DNA of 59,212 nucleotides. It comes from Candidatus Nomurabacteria bacterium (GTDB taxonomy: Bacteria; Patescibacteriota; Minisyncoccia; Phycocordibacterales; UBA9973). The notes below the pieces were generated by a model. That model did not search any database. It worked only from the letters and a program-made list of their open reading frames with translations, and was not told the DNA's origin. Below are positions 8,064 to 19,896 of the stretch, one piece after another. A program made the position numbers and the translations under genes. How positions within the stretch are numbered: position 1 is the first letter of the stretch; every line of letters begins with the position of its first letter. The stretch spans positions 1 to 59,212 of the forward strand of contig JACPLQ010000001.1 of assembly GCA_016186435.1 (NCBI GenBank), read 5' to 3'.

Positions 8064-9107
8064 ATGAGCCGACTGATTCATACCTATCAGAATATCATAA
8101 GTGTGGAAAATTTGCTCCTTGCCTGGCAGGAGTTTCTGCGCGGCAAGAAGGGTAAGAAAGATATAATTTTATTTCAAACCAAGCTAATGGACAACATCCT
8201 ATCCCTGCATCAGGATTTAAAAAACAAAACCTACAAACATGGCGGGTATGTAGCTTTTAACATATCCGATCCCAAACCCAGAAATATCCACAAGGCAACA
8301 GTGCGCGATAGGCTGCTTCATCATGCGATTTATAGAATTTTGTATCCATATTTCGACACAAAATTCATTCATGGTTCATATTCTTGCAGAATAGGAAAGG
8401 GCACGCATAGAGCGATCAACCGACTGCGGGAATTTCACCGAAAAGTTTCCAAGAACAACACCAAAACCTGCTATGTTCTAAAGTGCGACATCCGAAAATT
8501 CTTTGCAAATATTGACCACAGAATATTAAAAAATATTTTAGCGCAACATATCAAAGATAAAGACGTCCTATGGCTCTTGGGACAGGTGATAAATAGCTTC
8601 TCTTCACAAAAACATATTTACGCCATGGCTGATATGTATAAAGGCCTTCCGCTCGGGAACTTAACTAGCCAGCTTTTAGTAAATATTTATATGAACGAAT
8701 TTGACCAGTATATGAAAAGGGCGCTCAAGATTAAATGTTATATTAGATACGCAGATGATTTTGTAATTTTGCAAAATGACAAAATAGAACTTGAAAATCT
8801 TTTATCTAAAATCTCTAATTTTCTCTGTGAGAGTCTAAAGCTCTCATTACATCCCGACAAAGTTTATATTAAAACTATAGCTTCGGGAGTGGATTTTCTC
8901 GGGTGGGTGAATTTTCCCAAACACAGAGTTTTGAGGACGAGTACAAAAAGGCGTGCATTAAAAAATTTGTTGAATAATCCAACAAAGCCAGTAATAGTCT
9001 CCTACTTGAGCCTTTTTAAACACGGAAATATGAAGAAGATTCAAGCCGGTGCGGGTTTAAGGTATAATGGGCAGAATGGCCGAGCTTTTGTTTACAGAAG
9101 AATATAA
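8064..9107 (+). CDS. DGR reverse transcriptase
   Basis: RDRLLHHA, LKCDIRKFF, GLPLGNLTSQ, YIRYADD and GVDFLG motifs; 347 aa with no maturase/endonuclease extension; adjacent to TR and avd. Confidence 0.96.
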   Translation: MSRLIHTYQNIISVENLLLAWQEFLRGKKGKKDIILFQTKLMDNILSLHQDLKNKTYKHGGYVAFNISDPKPRNIHKATVRDRLLHHAIYRILYPYFDTKFIHGSYSCRIGKGTHRAINRLREFHRKVSKNNTKTCYVLKCDIRKFFANIDHRILKNILAQHIKDKDVLWLLGQVINSFSSQKHIYAMADMYKGLPLGNLTSQLLVNIYMNEFDQYMKRALKIKCYIRYADDFVILQNDKIELENLLSKISNFLCESLKLSLHPDKVYIKTIASGVDFLGWVNFPKHRVLRTSTKRRALKNLLNNPTKPVIVSYLSLFKHGNMKKIQAGAGLRYNGQNGRAFVYRRI

Positions 9108-11961
9108 AAAACTAAACTTTGCCCAAAAAGAAGCAGTAGATTTGATTGACGGGCCGGTAATGGTGGTGGCGGGGCCGGGGACGGGGAAGACCCAGGTCTT
9201 GGCGCTTCGGATTGCCAATATTCTAAAAAAGACCGACGTGGGGGGCGACAGCATTCTTTGTCTCACGTTCACAAATTCCGCGGTGGGGGCCATGCGCGAA
9301 CGCTTGGTTCGCTATATCGGTGAAGCGGGGCAAAAAGTAAATATTTTTACTTTTCACAGTTTTGGCCTGGAGATTATAGAAAAATATTTTGATGTTTTGG
9401 GCTTGCGTGAGCCGCCCAAGCTCCTGGATGAATCCGAAAGCGCAGAATTCTTTGATGAAATTTTAGAAACTGGAGATTGGGAATTTTTGCGCCCACGCGG
9501 AGACAAGACCAGATATTTTGTCGACCTAAAATCGCTCTTTTCTCTTTTGAAACGCGAACGCATTACGGCGGAAGATTTTGCCGTGGCAATCGAACAGGCA
9601 ATTAAAAAGATTTCAGAAAGCGAAGACAGTATTTCAACCAGAGGCGCGAGCAAAGGCGAGCTCAAGCAGGAAGTAAAAAAAGACATTGAGAGTTTGGAGA
9701 AAAGCCGGGAAGTCGCCCGTTTTTTAGAAGTTTACGAGGTCCGCAAGAAAGAAAAAAATATGCTTGACTATGATGATGTCTTGGAAAACCTGGTCCGCAT
9801 CATGGAGACTTCCGAGGAAGCTCTGGCAGATATTCGCGAACAGTATCTCTACATTCTGGTGGACGAGCACCAGGATTCTTCCCGGGTGCAGAATGAATTT
9901 CTCTCGCGCGCTTGGGGCGAGGTGGAAGCCCCCAACATATTCGTGGTGGGCGACGACCGCCAGCTGATTTACGGCTTTGCCGGCGCGTCCATTGACCACT
10001 TCATAAGTTTCCAAAAAACTTTTCCGGGCGCCAAGCTGGTGCCATTGCTGGAAAATTATCGCTCCACTCAAGTAATCCTGGATGCGGCCCACGCGCTGCT
10101 CCCGAGTGTTTTATCTAAAGAAAAGCTCGTTAGTCAAAGTAAAGAAGCGCACCCAATCAAACTCGTAGAAGCTCAAACTCCGCGGGAGGAAATATTTGCG
10201 GCGGGGGAGGCAATAAAAAAGAAAATCGCGGAGGGCGTCAACCCCAATGCTTGCGCTCTACTTGTGCCCCAAAATATGCAAGCCCGCACGGCGCTGGAAA
10301 TATTGCACGCGATGAATCTGCCGCTCGCACTCGAGGAAGCGCTCAATCTATTTGACCAAAAAGAAGCGCACGCACTCTTGCGGATTTTAAAAATAATTTC
10401 CAAAGAAACTACAAAGAGCGATGCGCCAGCACTCGCCCTCTCTTTTTGGGATGATTTGTCCGGTATCCCGCCACTCGAAGCGCATAAGTTTTTAGCGAGT
10501 TTAAATATGCGCGAATTTTCTTTTGAGTCTTTACTCAACGCTCCCAAAACGCTATGGGGCGAAGGCGCTGTGGGAATGTGGCTTGGTAAACTTGCCAAAT
10601 GGCAGAAGGACGCAGAAGAAAATGACTTGTCCGCGCTCTTAGAAATTATTACTCGGGAAATATTTAATAAAGAAACTGCAAAAAAGAGGATTGTCCCGAT
10701 TGCAGATATCGCCGCAACCTTTCTGGCGCTTTTGGAAAAGCGTCCCGAGGCGTCCCTGCCGGAGTTCGTGGCATATCTTGATAAAGTGGTGGAATATGGC
10801 GACCCTATACCTTTAATTACCGAAAAGAAAAATGGTGTGCGGGTGCTGACTATGCACAAAGCCAAGGGCTTGGAATTTGATTTTGTCTGGATTGCGCATA
10901 TGGACGAGCGATCGCTAACCGGCGGGCGGAAATTTAATTTTGCTTTACCCGAGAGTATAAAAGAAAAAATAGAGGAGCGGGATATTGACGCGGTCAAGCG
11001 CAAACTTTTCGTGGCTATCACCCGCGCCAAGCGCTTTTGCGCCCTCTCGTATGCCTCTGCCTCGCATAAAGGGCGGGAGCAGGAACTCGCGAAAATTATC
11101 GCAGAGCTACCCGAAGAAGTTTTTTCCCGACACCCGGATAGGTCGGGATCCCGACTGCAAACGTCGGGGGAAAAACTAAAGTCGCGCGATCTCGCGGAGC
11201 TTAAAAAATTAGTCAAAGAAAAATATGCCGAGCGCTACGTTTCCGCCTCAATGCTGAATAATTTTTTTGAATGTCCTTGGAAATGGTATTTTCGGAATCT
11301 TTTGGGCATGCAGGAGCCCACAAACGAAAATTTAATTTTCGGCAGTGCGGTGCATGCGGCCCTGGAGCGGATTTTGAAACTTGGCAAGATAGTTTTGCCG
11401 GACAACGAAGAAGTCGCTCGCGTGGTCAAAGCTTGGGCCGAGAGGCGATTGCATGAGATTGAAAAGGCGCGTGAGAGCGAATATCCGCTTTCTGTAGGGG
11501 ACAAAAGATTTCCGCATCTCAAAATCTATGGCAAAATAGATTTGCTCGAGAAGCTCGGAGGGAATGAAGTGCGCGTGACAGATTTCAAGACCGGCAGCGC
11601 TCGCAAGAAAAGTGAAATTGAAAAATTGGACGATGAAGGCCGCTTGAGCGGCAATTTGCGCCAGCTTGCGATGTACGCTTATCTTATAGAGACAAGCCCC
11701 AAGTGGCGGGCGAGAGTGAGCGAATCAGCGCTTGAATTTGTGGAAGCAAAAGACAGGAAAAATGCTTTTTACCGTGCCGCGATCACACCGAACCAAATAA
11801 AACTTTTAGTAAAAGACATAAGAGATTATAATGAGCTGGTTTTAAAGGGGGAATGGGTCAATAGACCCTGCAATTACAATTCTTACGGCCACGCCAGAGG
11901 ACGGGCAGGCAATAATACTGAGTGCGAATACTGTACAATGGCAGAAATATATAAAGCCTAA
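9076..11961 (+). CDS. UvrD/PcrA-like helicase fused to PD-(D/E)xK nuclease (AddA/AdnB-like)
   Basis: AGPGTGKT, LVDEHQD, VGDDRQ, ENYRS, TMHKAKGLEF and VAITRAK; C-terminal GKIDL...DFKTG...QLAMY with Cys residues. The ORF track starts at 9067; 9076 fits TATAAT-N7-ATG. Confidence 0.92.
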   Translation: MAELLFTEEYKKLNFAQKEAVDLIDGPVMVVAGPGTGKTQVLALRIANILKKTDVGGDSILCLTFTNSAVGAMRERLVRYIGEAGQKVNIFTFHSFGLEIIEKYFDVLGLREPPKLLDESESAEFFDEILETGDWEFLRPRGDKTRYFVDLKSLFSLLKRERITAEDFAVAIEQAIKKISESEDSISTRGASKGELKQEVKKDIESLEKSREVARFLEVYEVRKKEKNMLDYDDVLENLVRIMETSEEALADIREQYLYILVDEHQDSSRVQNEFLSRAWGEVEAPNIFVVGDDRQLIYGFAGASIDHFISFQKTFPGAKLVPLLENYRSTQVILDAAHALLPSVLSKEKLVSQSKEAHPIKLVEAQTPREEIFAAGEAIKKKIAEGVNPNACALLVPQNMQARTALEILHAMNLPLALEEALNLFDQKEAHALLRILKIISKETTKSDAPALALSFWDDLSGIPPLEAHKFLASLNMREFSFESLLNAPKTLWGEGAVGMWLGKLAKWQKDAEENDLSALLEIITREIFNKETAKKRIVPIADIAATFLALLEKRPEASLPEFVAYLDKVVEYGDPIPLITEKKNGVRVLTMHKAKGLEFDFVWIAHMDERSLTGGRKFNFALPESIKEKIEERDIDAVKRKLFVAITRAKRFCALSYASASHKGREQELAKIIAELPEEVFSRHPDRSGSRLQTSGEKLKSRDLAELKKLVKEKYAERYVSASMLNNFFECPWKWYFRNLLGMQEPTNENLIFGSAVHAALERILKLGKIVLPDNEEVARVVKAWAERRLHEIEKARESEYPLSVGDKRFPHLKIYGKIDLLEKLGGNEVRVTDFKTGSARKKSEIEKLDDEGRLSGNLRQLAMYAYLIETSPKWRARVSESALEFVEAKDRKNAFYRAAITPNQIKLLVKDIRDYNELVLKGEWVNRPCNYNSYGHARGRAGNNTECEYCTMAEIYKA

Positions 11962-12071
11962 TTAATTAGGTTTGGCCCGTTATCCAGCCAGCTCAAATAA
12001 AGGCCTATAGTAAAGAAAATAACGGCTGTAATTATCAATATAAAATAGATTTCTTTGGTTTCTCTATCCAT
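11958..12071 (-). CDS. Small single-pass membrane protein (37 aa)
   Basis: MDRETKEIYFILIITAVIFFTIGLYLSWLDNGPNLIN; TAGAAT 6 nt upstream of ATG. Confidence 0.45.
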   Translation of the reverse strand: MDRETKEIYFILIITAVIFFTIGLYLSWLDNGPNLIN

Positions 12072-12089
12072 GGGTAGATTCTAGCAGAA

Positions 12090-15488
<3,399 letters not shown>

Positions 15489-15511
15489 ATTCCTTTTGTT
15501 ATAATACTTAT

Positions 15512-15739
15512 ATGAATACTTACAGCATAAAAATTCCAAAGAGTTTAGCTCAAATGGGGGATTTAATGCTTGTGCCAAGAGCAGAATACGAGTCTTTTTT
15601 GGAGTTCAAAAAAATAAAAGAATATACGCCGACTAAAGCAGAGAGAGCTTCTTTAAAAAGAGCTAGATTAAACCGAAAAAAGGGAAATTATTTAACTATC
15701 AGAGAACTCAAAAATGAATTGGGTTTTACAAACAGATAA
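15512..15739 (+). CDS. Putative type II antitoxin
   Basis: Small ORF overlapping the RelE-like gene; similar to the 5945 ORF. Confidence 0.75.
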   Translation: MNTYSIKIPKSLAQMGDLMLVPRAEYESFLEFKKIKEYTPTKAERASLKRARLNRKKGNYLTIRELKNELGFTNR

Positions 15740-15971
15740 TTCTATAAAAAAGTTTTGCGCAAAAATATCGAAATCTGACGCAAGACGTATTATTGAAACC
15801 ATAGAAAGTTTAGAAGACAATCCCTTTTTCGGGGATATTCAAAAAATGAAAGATGAAGAAAATTCTTGGCGCAGACGTGTAGGAAATTATAGAATTTTTT
15901 ATGAAATCATACCCAAAGAGAATTTAATTTACGTTTATGAAGTAAGACGAAGAACTTCAAATACCTATTAA
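15714..15971 (+). CDS. RelE/ParE family toxin
   Basis: WRRRVGNYRIFYEI motif; 85 aa. Confidence 0.88.
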   Translation: MNWVLQTDNSIKKFCAKISKSDARRIIETIESLEDNPFFGDIQKMKDEENSWRRRVGNYRIFYEIIPKENLIYVYEVRRRTSNTY

Positions 15972-16001
15972 ATTAGCGGAGATTGATATCTAGGGTAATT
16001 G

Positions 16002-16121
16002 TTACCTTAATCTAAACAGTACCCAATTCAAAGGAGAAAAAGAGCTAGCCAAAGCGAAGAAAATAAAAAGGGTAAGTGTTATCAGCAAAATCCAAGTTGC
16101 TTCATTTATAAATTTTTTCAT
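16002..16121 (-). CDS. Small hydrophobic protein (39 aa) coupled to thrS
   Basis: TAATG overlap with the thrS stop; MKKFINEATWILLITLTLFIFFALASSFSPLNWVLFRLR. Confidence 0.4.
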   Translation of the reverse strand: MKKFINEATWILLITLTLFIFFALASSFSPLNWVLFRLR

Positions 16122-17869
16122 TATATTTTATTTTTTATCTCACCCAATAATTTCCCCAAAAGTTCTTCTGGGGAAATTTGGCCGATTTGGCCGTGGTCTC
16201 TGGATTCGAGAGTAACTTTGCCCGCTTCTATTTCTTTATCGCCGATGACGAGCCAGTAGGGGATTTTGTTATTTTTTGCATCGCGGACTTTGGCCCCCAG
16301 ATTTTCGTCTTTATCGTCCAGCTCCGCGCGTATATTATTCGCTGTAAGCGTTTCAAAAATTTTCCTGGCGTATTCATTGTGGCTTGTGCGGACCGGGATA
16401 ACTTTTACCTGCACCGGCGAGAGCCAGAGAGGGAAAGCACCGGCAAAATGCTCTAATAAGAAACCAATCATTCTTTCATGTGATCCAAGTGGAGCTCGGT
16501 GTATCACGTAAGGCATTTTTTTACTACCATCCTTGGAGGTATATTCAAGATCAAAGCGTTTAGGCATATAAAGATCAAGCTGAACTGTACCAATCGCATA
16601 TTCTTTTCCGATTACGGATTTAATATATATATCTGCTTTGGGTCCATAGTGTGCTGCACCTCCTTCTTCGACTACATATTTTACCCCCACTTTATCTAAG
16701 GCTTCCTTCGTTAGTTTTTCTGCTTCATCCCACATCGCATCGTCACCATGATATTTGGATCGCAAATTGTTGGGATCTCTTACTCCAAAAACTACCCACC
16801 AATCCAAAATTCCCAAGTTTTTATAATAATATTCATGCATTTTGAACACACTTAAAAGTTCTGAAATTGCGTCTTCTGGTTTTACATAAATGTGAGCATC
16901 ATTTTGGCAAAAGCCCCTTGCACGCATAAGACCATGTAATGTACCAGATCTTTCAAATCTATATACTTGGCCATATTCCGCTAGACGTAAAGTTAAATCT
17001 CTATAACTTCGTGGTTTACTTTTATATATCATGTGAGCGAAAGGACAATTCATCGGTTTTAAATAGTATTCTTCACCCTCAATATCAATGGGAGAGTATA
17101 AATCGTCTTTGTAGTATGGCAAGTGTCCTGAAATTTCAAACAGATCCTTTTTAGTTATGTGGGGAGTGGAAATGTGTTTATACCCCCATTTTATTTCCGT
17201 TTCCTTTGCCCATTTTTCCAACTCTTGTCTTATAACTGTTCCGTTTGGTAACCATAGCGGAAGCCCCATACCTACTTCCTCAGAAAAAGTAAAAATCTCT
17301 AATTCTTTTCCCAATTTTCGATGGTCTCTTTTTTCCGCCTCTTCCCGTTGGCTCAAATATGCATCCAATTGTTCTTTTGTTTCAAAAGCCAGCCCGTAAA
17401 TGCGGGTCAGCATTTTATTTTTTTCATCTCCGCGCCAATATGCGCCTGCTACGCGGTCTAATTTGAAAGATTCAGGATCTATTTCTTTGGCAGGGTTTTT
17501 TAAGTGCCCTCCTCGGCAAAGATCGGTAAATCCTCCGCAAGTATAAGTAGTAATCTTTTCTCCGCGTTCAGCGATCTCATTTATTAGCTCCTGCTTGTAT
17601 TCATTTTTGAAAAAATTCAGAGCTTCATCTTTGGATATTTCTTTATGTTCCCAGTCTGTCCATTTAGGCAGAATCTTTTTCATCCTGTCTTCAATTTTTT
17701 TCAAATCAGCATCGCTTACTTTTTCATCCCCGAAATCAATATCGTAATAGAATCCATTATCTATCGCTGGCCCGAGGGTAAGCTTGACCTTATCAAATTT
17801 ATATATTTCTCCGACAGAGGCGGCCAAAAGGTGAGCTAAAGAATGCCTTAAGTTGTGCAATTTGTCCAT
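16121..17869 (-). CDS. thrS: Threonine-tRNA ligase
   Basis: HSLAHLL, DLCRGGH, RDHRKLG, KPMNCP and IHRAPLGSHER. Confidence 0.96.
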   Translation of the reverse strand: MDKLHNLRHSLAHLLAASVGEIYKFDKVKLTLGPAIDNGFYYDIDFGDEKVSDADLKKIEDRMKKILPKWTDWEHKEISKDEALNFFKNEYKQELINEIAERGEKITTYTCGGFTDLCRGGHLKNPAKEIDPESFKLDRVAGAYWRGDEKNKMLTRIYGLAFETKEQLDAYLSQREEAEKRDHRKLGKELEIFTFSEEVGMGLPLWLPNGTVIRQELEKWAKETEIKWGYKHISTPHITKKDLFEISGHLPYYKDDLYSPIDIEGEEYYLKPMNCPFAHMIYKSKPRSYRDLTLRLAEYGQVYRFERSGTLHGLMRARGFCQNDAHIYVKPEDAISELLSVFKMHEYYYKNLGILDWWVVFGVRDPNNLRSKYHGDDAMWDEAEKLTKEALDKVGVKYVVEEGGAAHYGPKADIYIKSVIGKEYAIGTVQLDLYMPKRFDLEYTSKDGSKKMPYVIHRAPLGSHERMIGFLLEHFAGAFPLWLSPVQVKVIPVRTSHNEYARKIFETLTANNIRAELDDKDENLGAKVRDAKNNKIPYWLVIGDKEIEAGKVTLESRDHGQIGQISPEELLGKLLGEIKNKI

Positions 17870-17931
17870 AACCCATATATTAGCACATTAAAAATTGCTT
17901 TTCATCCCTAATATGCTAGTATGTACCCATT

Positions 17932-18156
17932 ATGGTAATACGGATGAGGCATACAAAATCGCATACGAAAAATAGGCGCTCGCACCATGCTTTGATGAGC
18001 ACTAGTTTTACTAAGTGTGAAAATTGCAAGGCTCTGAAGCGACGGCATACGGTTTGCGTGGCCTGCGGGTTTTACCGAGGCAAAAAGATGCTGGATCTGA
18101 TCAAAAAGACCGAAAAGAAACAAAAGAAAGCAAAGGCAAAAGCGGCGCAGAAGTAA
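17932..18156 (+). CDS. rpmF: 50S ribosomal protein L32
   Basis: RRSHHAL...CENC...RHTVCVACGFY. Confidence 0.93.
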   Translation: MVIRMRHTKSHTKNRRSHHALMSTSFTKCENCKALKRRHTVCVACGFYRGKKMLDLIKKTEKKQKKAKAKAAQK

Positions 18157-18232
18157 TGTTATGGCATCCCGAACGAAGCCTTCGGCTCATACGGGATTGC
18201 TCATAAATTATATTCACTTTGTTCATTAATTT

Positions 18233-19171
18233 ATGGCAAATAGGCACCTTTCAAGATCAATAGTTCTTCAGACTCTCTTTGAACGGGATTTCACTCCTGC
18301 AGATAAAGAAGGTGAAAGCCTGAACATGGAGGAAGTGCAAGAAGCATTAAAAAGAAATTTAAAAGAATTTGCGCCCGGTTTTGAAGACGATGCTTTCGTC
18401 TTTTCGCTTGCCGACCAGGTACTAAAAAAACAGGCAGTAGTCGATGAAATTATAGAAAAAGCGGCGCCGGACTGGCCGATTGACAAAATCTCCGTGGTAG
18501 ACAGGAATATTTTGAGGATTGGACTCACAGAGCTTTTGTTCGGAGACCGCAAAGAAGTGCCTCCCAAAGTCGCAATCAACGAAGCTATAGAGCTTGCCAA
18601 AACTTTCGGCGGAGAAAATTCCGGCAAATTTGTAAACGGAGTATTGGGCGCGGTCTACAAAGAAATCGGCGAGCCGGGCAAGGAGCAGATTAGTAAAAAG
18701 AAAAATATTAACGAACCGGTGGATATTTCCAAATTGCCGGTAGATAAAAAAGGCGGAGCATTGGTATATACCAGAAAAGACAATCAGCGCGAAGGAAATA
18801 TTTTGTTTGCTCTTGTGCATGATGTTTTCGGATATTGGACAATTTCTAAAGGCACGATTGAAGAGGGGGAAAATGAACGGGAGGCGACAATACGCGAGAT
18901 CAAAGAAGAAATAGGACTAGATATTGAGATAGAAGAAAAGCTTGGAGAAAATCAATATGTGGCTTCGCATCCCGAAAAGGGAAAAAGCTTAAAAAAAGTT
19001 TCTTACTTTTTAGCAAAAAGCGAATACAAAGAGCTTGTGCTTGAGAAATCTACCGGGCTTGACGCTGCGCGCTGGTTTGAGCTTTCAGCTATTCCGGAAC
19101 TTCACATTTATAACGACATTATTCCGCTTATCAGCAAGGCTATAGAAATACTGAGTAGTAAAAAGTTATAA
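18233..19171 (+). CDS. nusB: NusB fused to a C-terminal NUDIX domain
   Basis: DRNILR and [14 protein letters not shown]...FVNGVLG; NUDIX box [22 protein letters not shown]. Confidence 0.92.
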   Translation: MANRHLSRSIVLQTLFERDFTPADKEGESLNMEEVQEALKRNLKEFAPGFEDDAFVFSLADQVLKKQAVVDEIIEKAAPDWPIDKISVVDRNILRIGLTELLFGDRKEVPPKVAINEAIELAKTFGGENSGKFVNGVLGAVYKEIGEPGKEQISKKKNINEPVDISKLPVDKKGGALVYTRKDNQREGNILFALVHDVFGYWTISKGTIEEGENEREATIREIKEEIGLDIEIEEKLGENQYVASHPEKGKSLKKVSYFLAKSEYKELVLEKSTGLDAARWFELSAIPELHIYNDIIPLISKAIEILSSKKL

Positions 19172-19194
19172 AGTTTATAACGTAGAAAGTAAAT

Positions 19195-19890
19195 ATGGTA
19201 AATTTTTCAGATTTTGAGAAAAAAATAAAAATAACTTTCAAAGACAAGAACTTGCTTATGCAGGCTTTTACCCACCGTTCTTATATAAACGAGAACGGGG
19301 GAACGATTCTCACTCACAACGAGCGCTTGGAATTTTTGGGAGATGCGGTATTGGAACTTATCGTTACGGATTTTCTATACAAAAAATATCCGAATTACAC
19401 CGAAGGAGAATTGACGGCGATACGTTCGGCCCTCGTGAACGCAGTTATAATTTCCGAGGTTGCGAGTGACGTGGGCATGAATGAATATCTTCTCTTATCC
19501 AAAGGCGAAGCGAAGGATCACGGCAAGGCCAGGCAGTATATTTTGGCCAATACTTATGAAGCCGTCGTCGGAGCAGTGTACATGGACCAGGGATATGAAA
19601 CAGCGGAGGCGTTTATAACTAAGACTTTACTGCAAAAAACAGACGAAATTGTAAAAAAGAAACTTTGGCGCGATGCGAAGTCACTAGTGCAGGAAAAGGC
19701 GCAGGAATTTGTGGAGGTCACTCCGATGTATAAAGTTTTGAACGAAGCAGGGCCTGATCATGACAAGCATTTTACGGTGGGAATTTATTTTGCTAAAGAT
19801 TTGATTGCCGAAGGCAAGGGCAAGAGCAAGCAGGAAGCCGAACAGAAGGCAGCAGAAGCGGCATTAAAAGTAAGAAACTGGGTAGACTAA
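19195..19890 (+). CDS. rnc: Ribonuclease III
   Basis: HNERLEFLGDAVL; C-terminal dsRBD. Confidence 0.97.
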   Translation: MVNFSDFEKKIKITFKDKNLLMQAFTHRSYINENGGTILTHNERLEFLGDAVLELIVTDFLYKKYPNYTEGELTAIRSALVNAVIISEVASDVGMNEYLLLSKGEAKDHGKARQYILANTYEAVVGAVYMDQGYETAEAFITKTLLQKTDEIVKKKLWRDAKSLVQEKAQEFVEVTPMYKVLNEAGPDHDKHFTVGIYFAKDLIAEGKGKSKQEAEQKAAEAALKVRNWVD

Positions 19891-19896
19891 ATAAAA

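Larger units (their letters stand above)
5903..9090. mobile_element. TA + DGR cassette bounded by duplicated helicase 5' ends
   Basis: Homologous helicase starts at 5840-5902 and 9076-9135 flank the cassette. No integrase inside. Confidence 0.6.

Noticed and set aside
8064..9107. Group II intron or retron RT
   Set aside because: No maturase/endonuclease extension or intron domain V seen. The TR/VR pair and Avd explain the RT.
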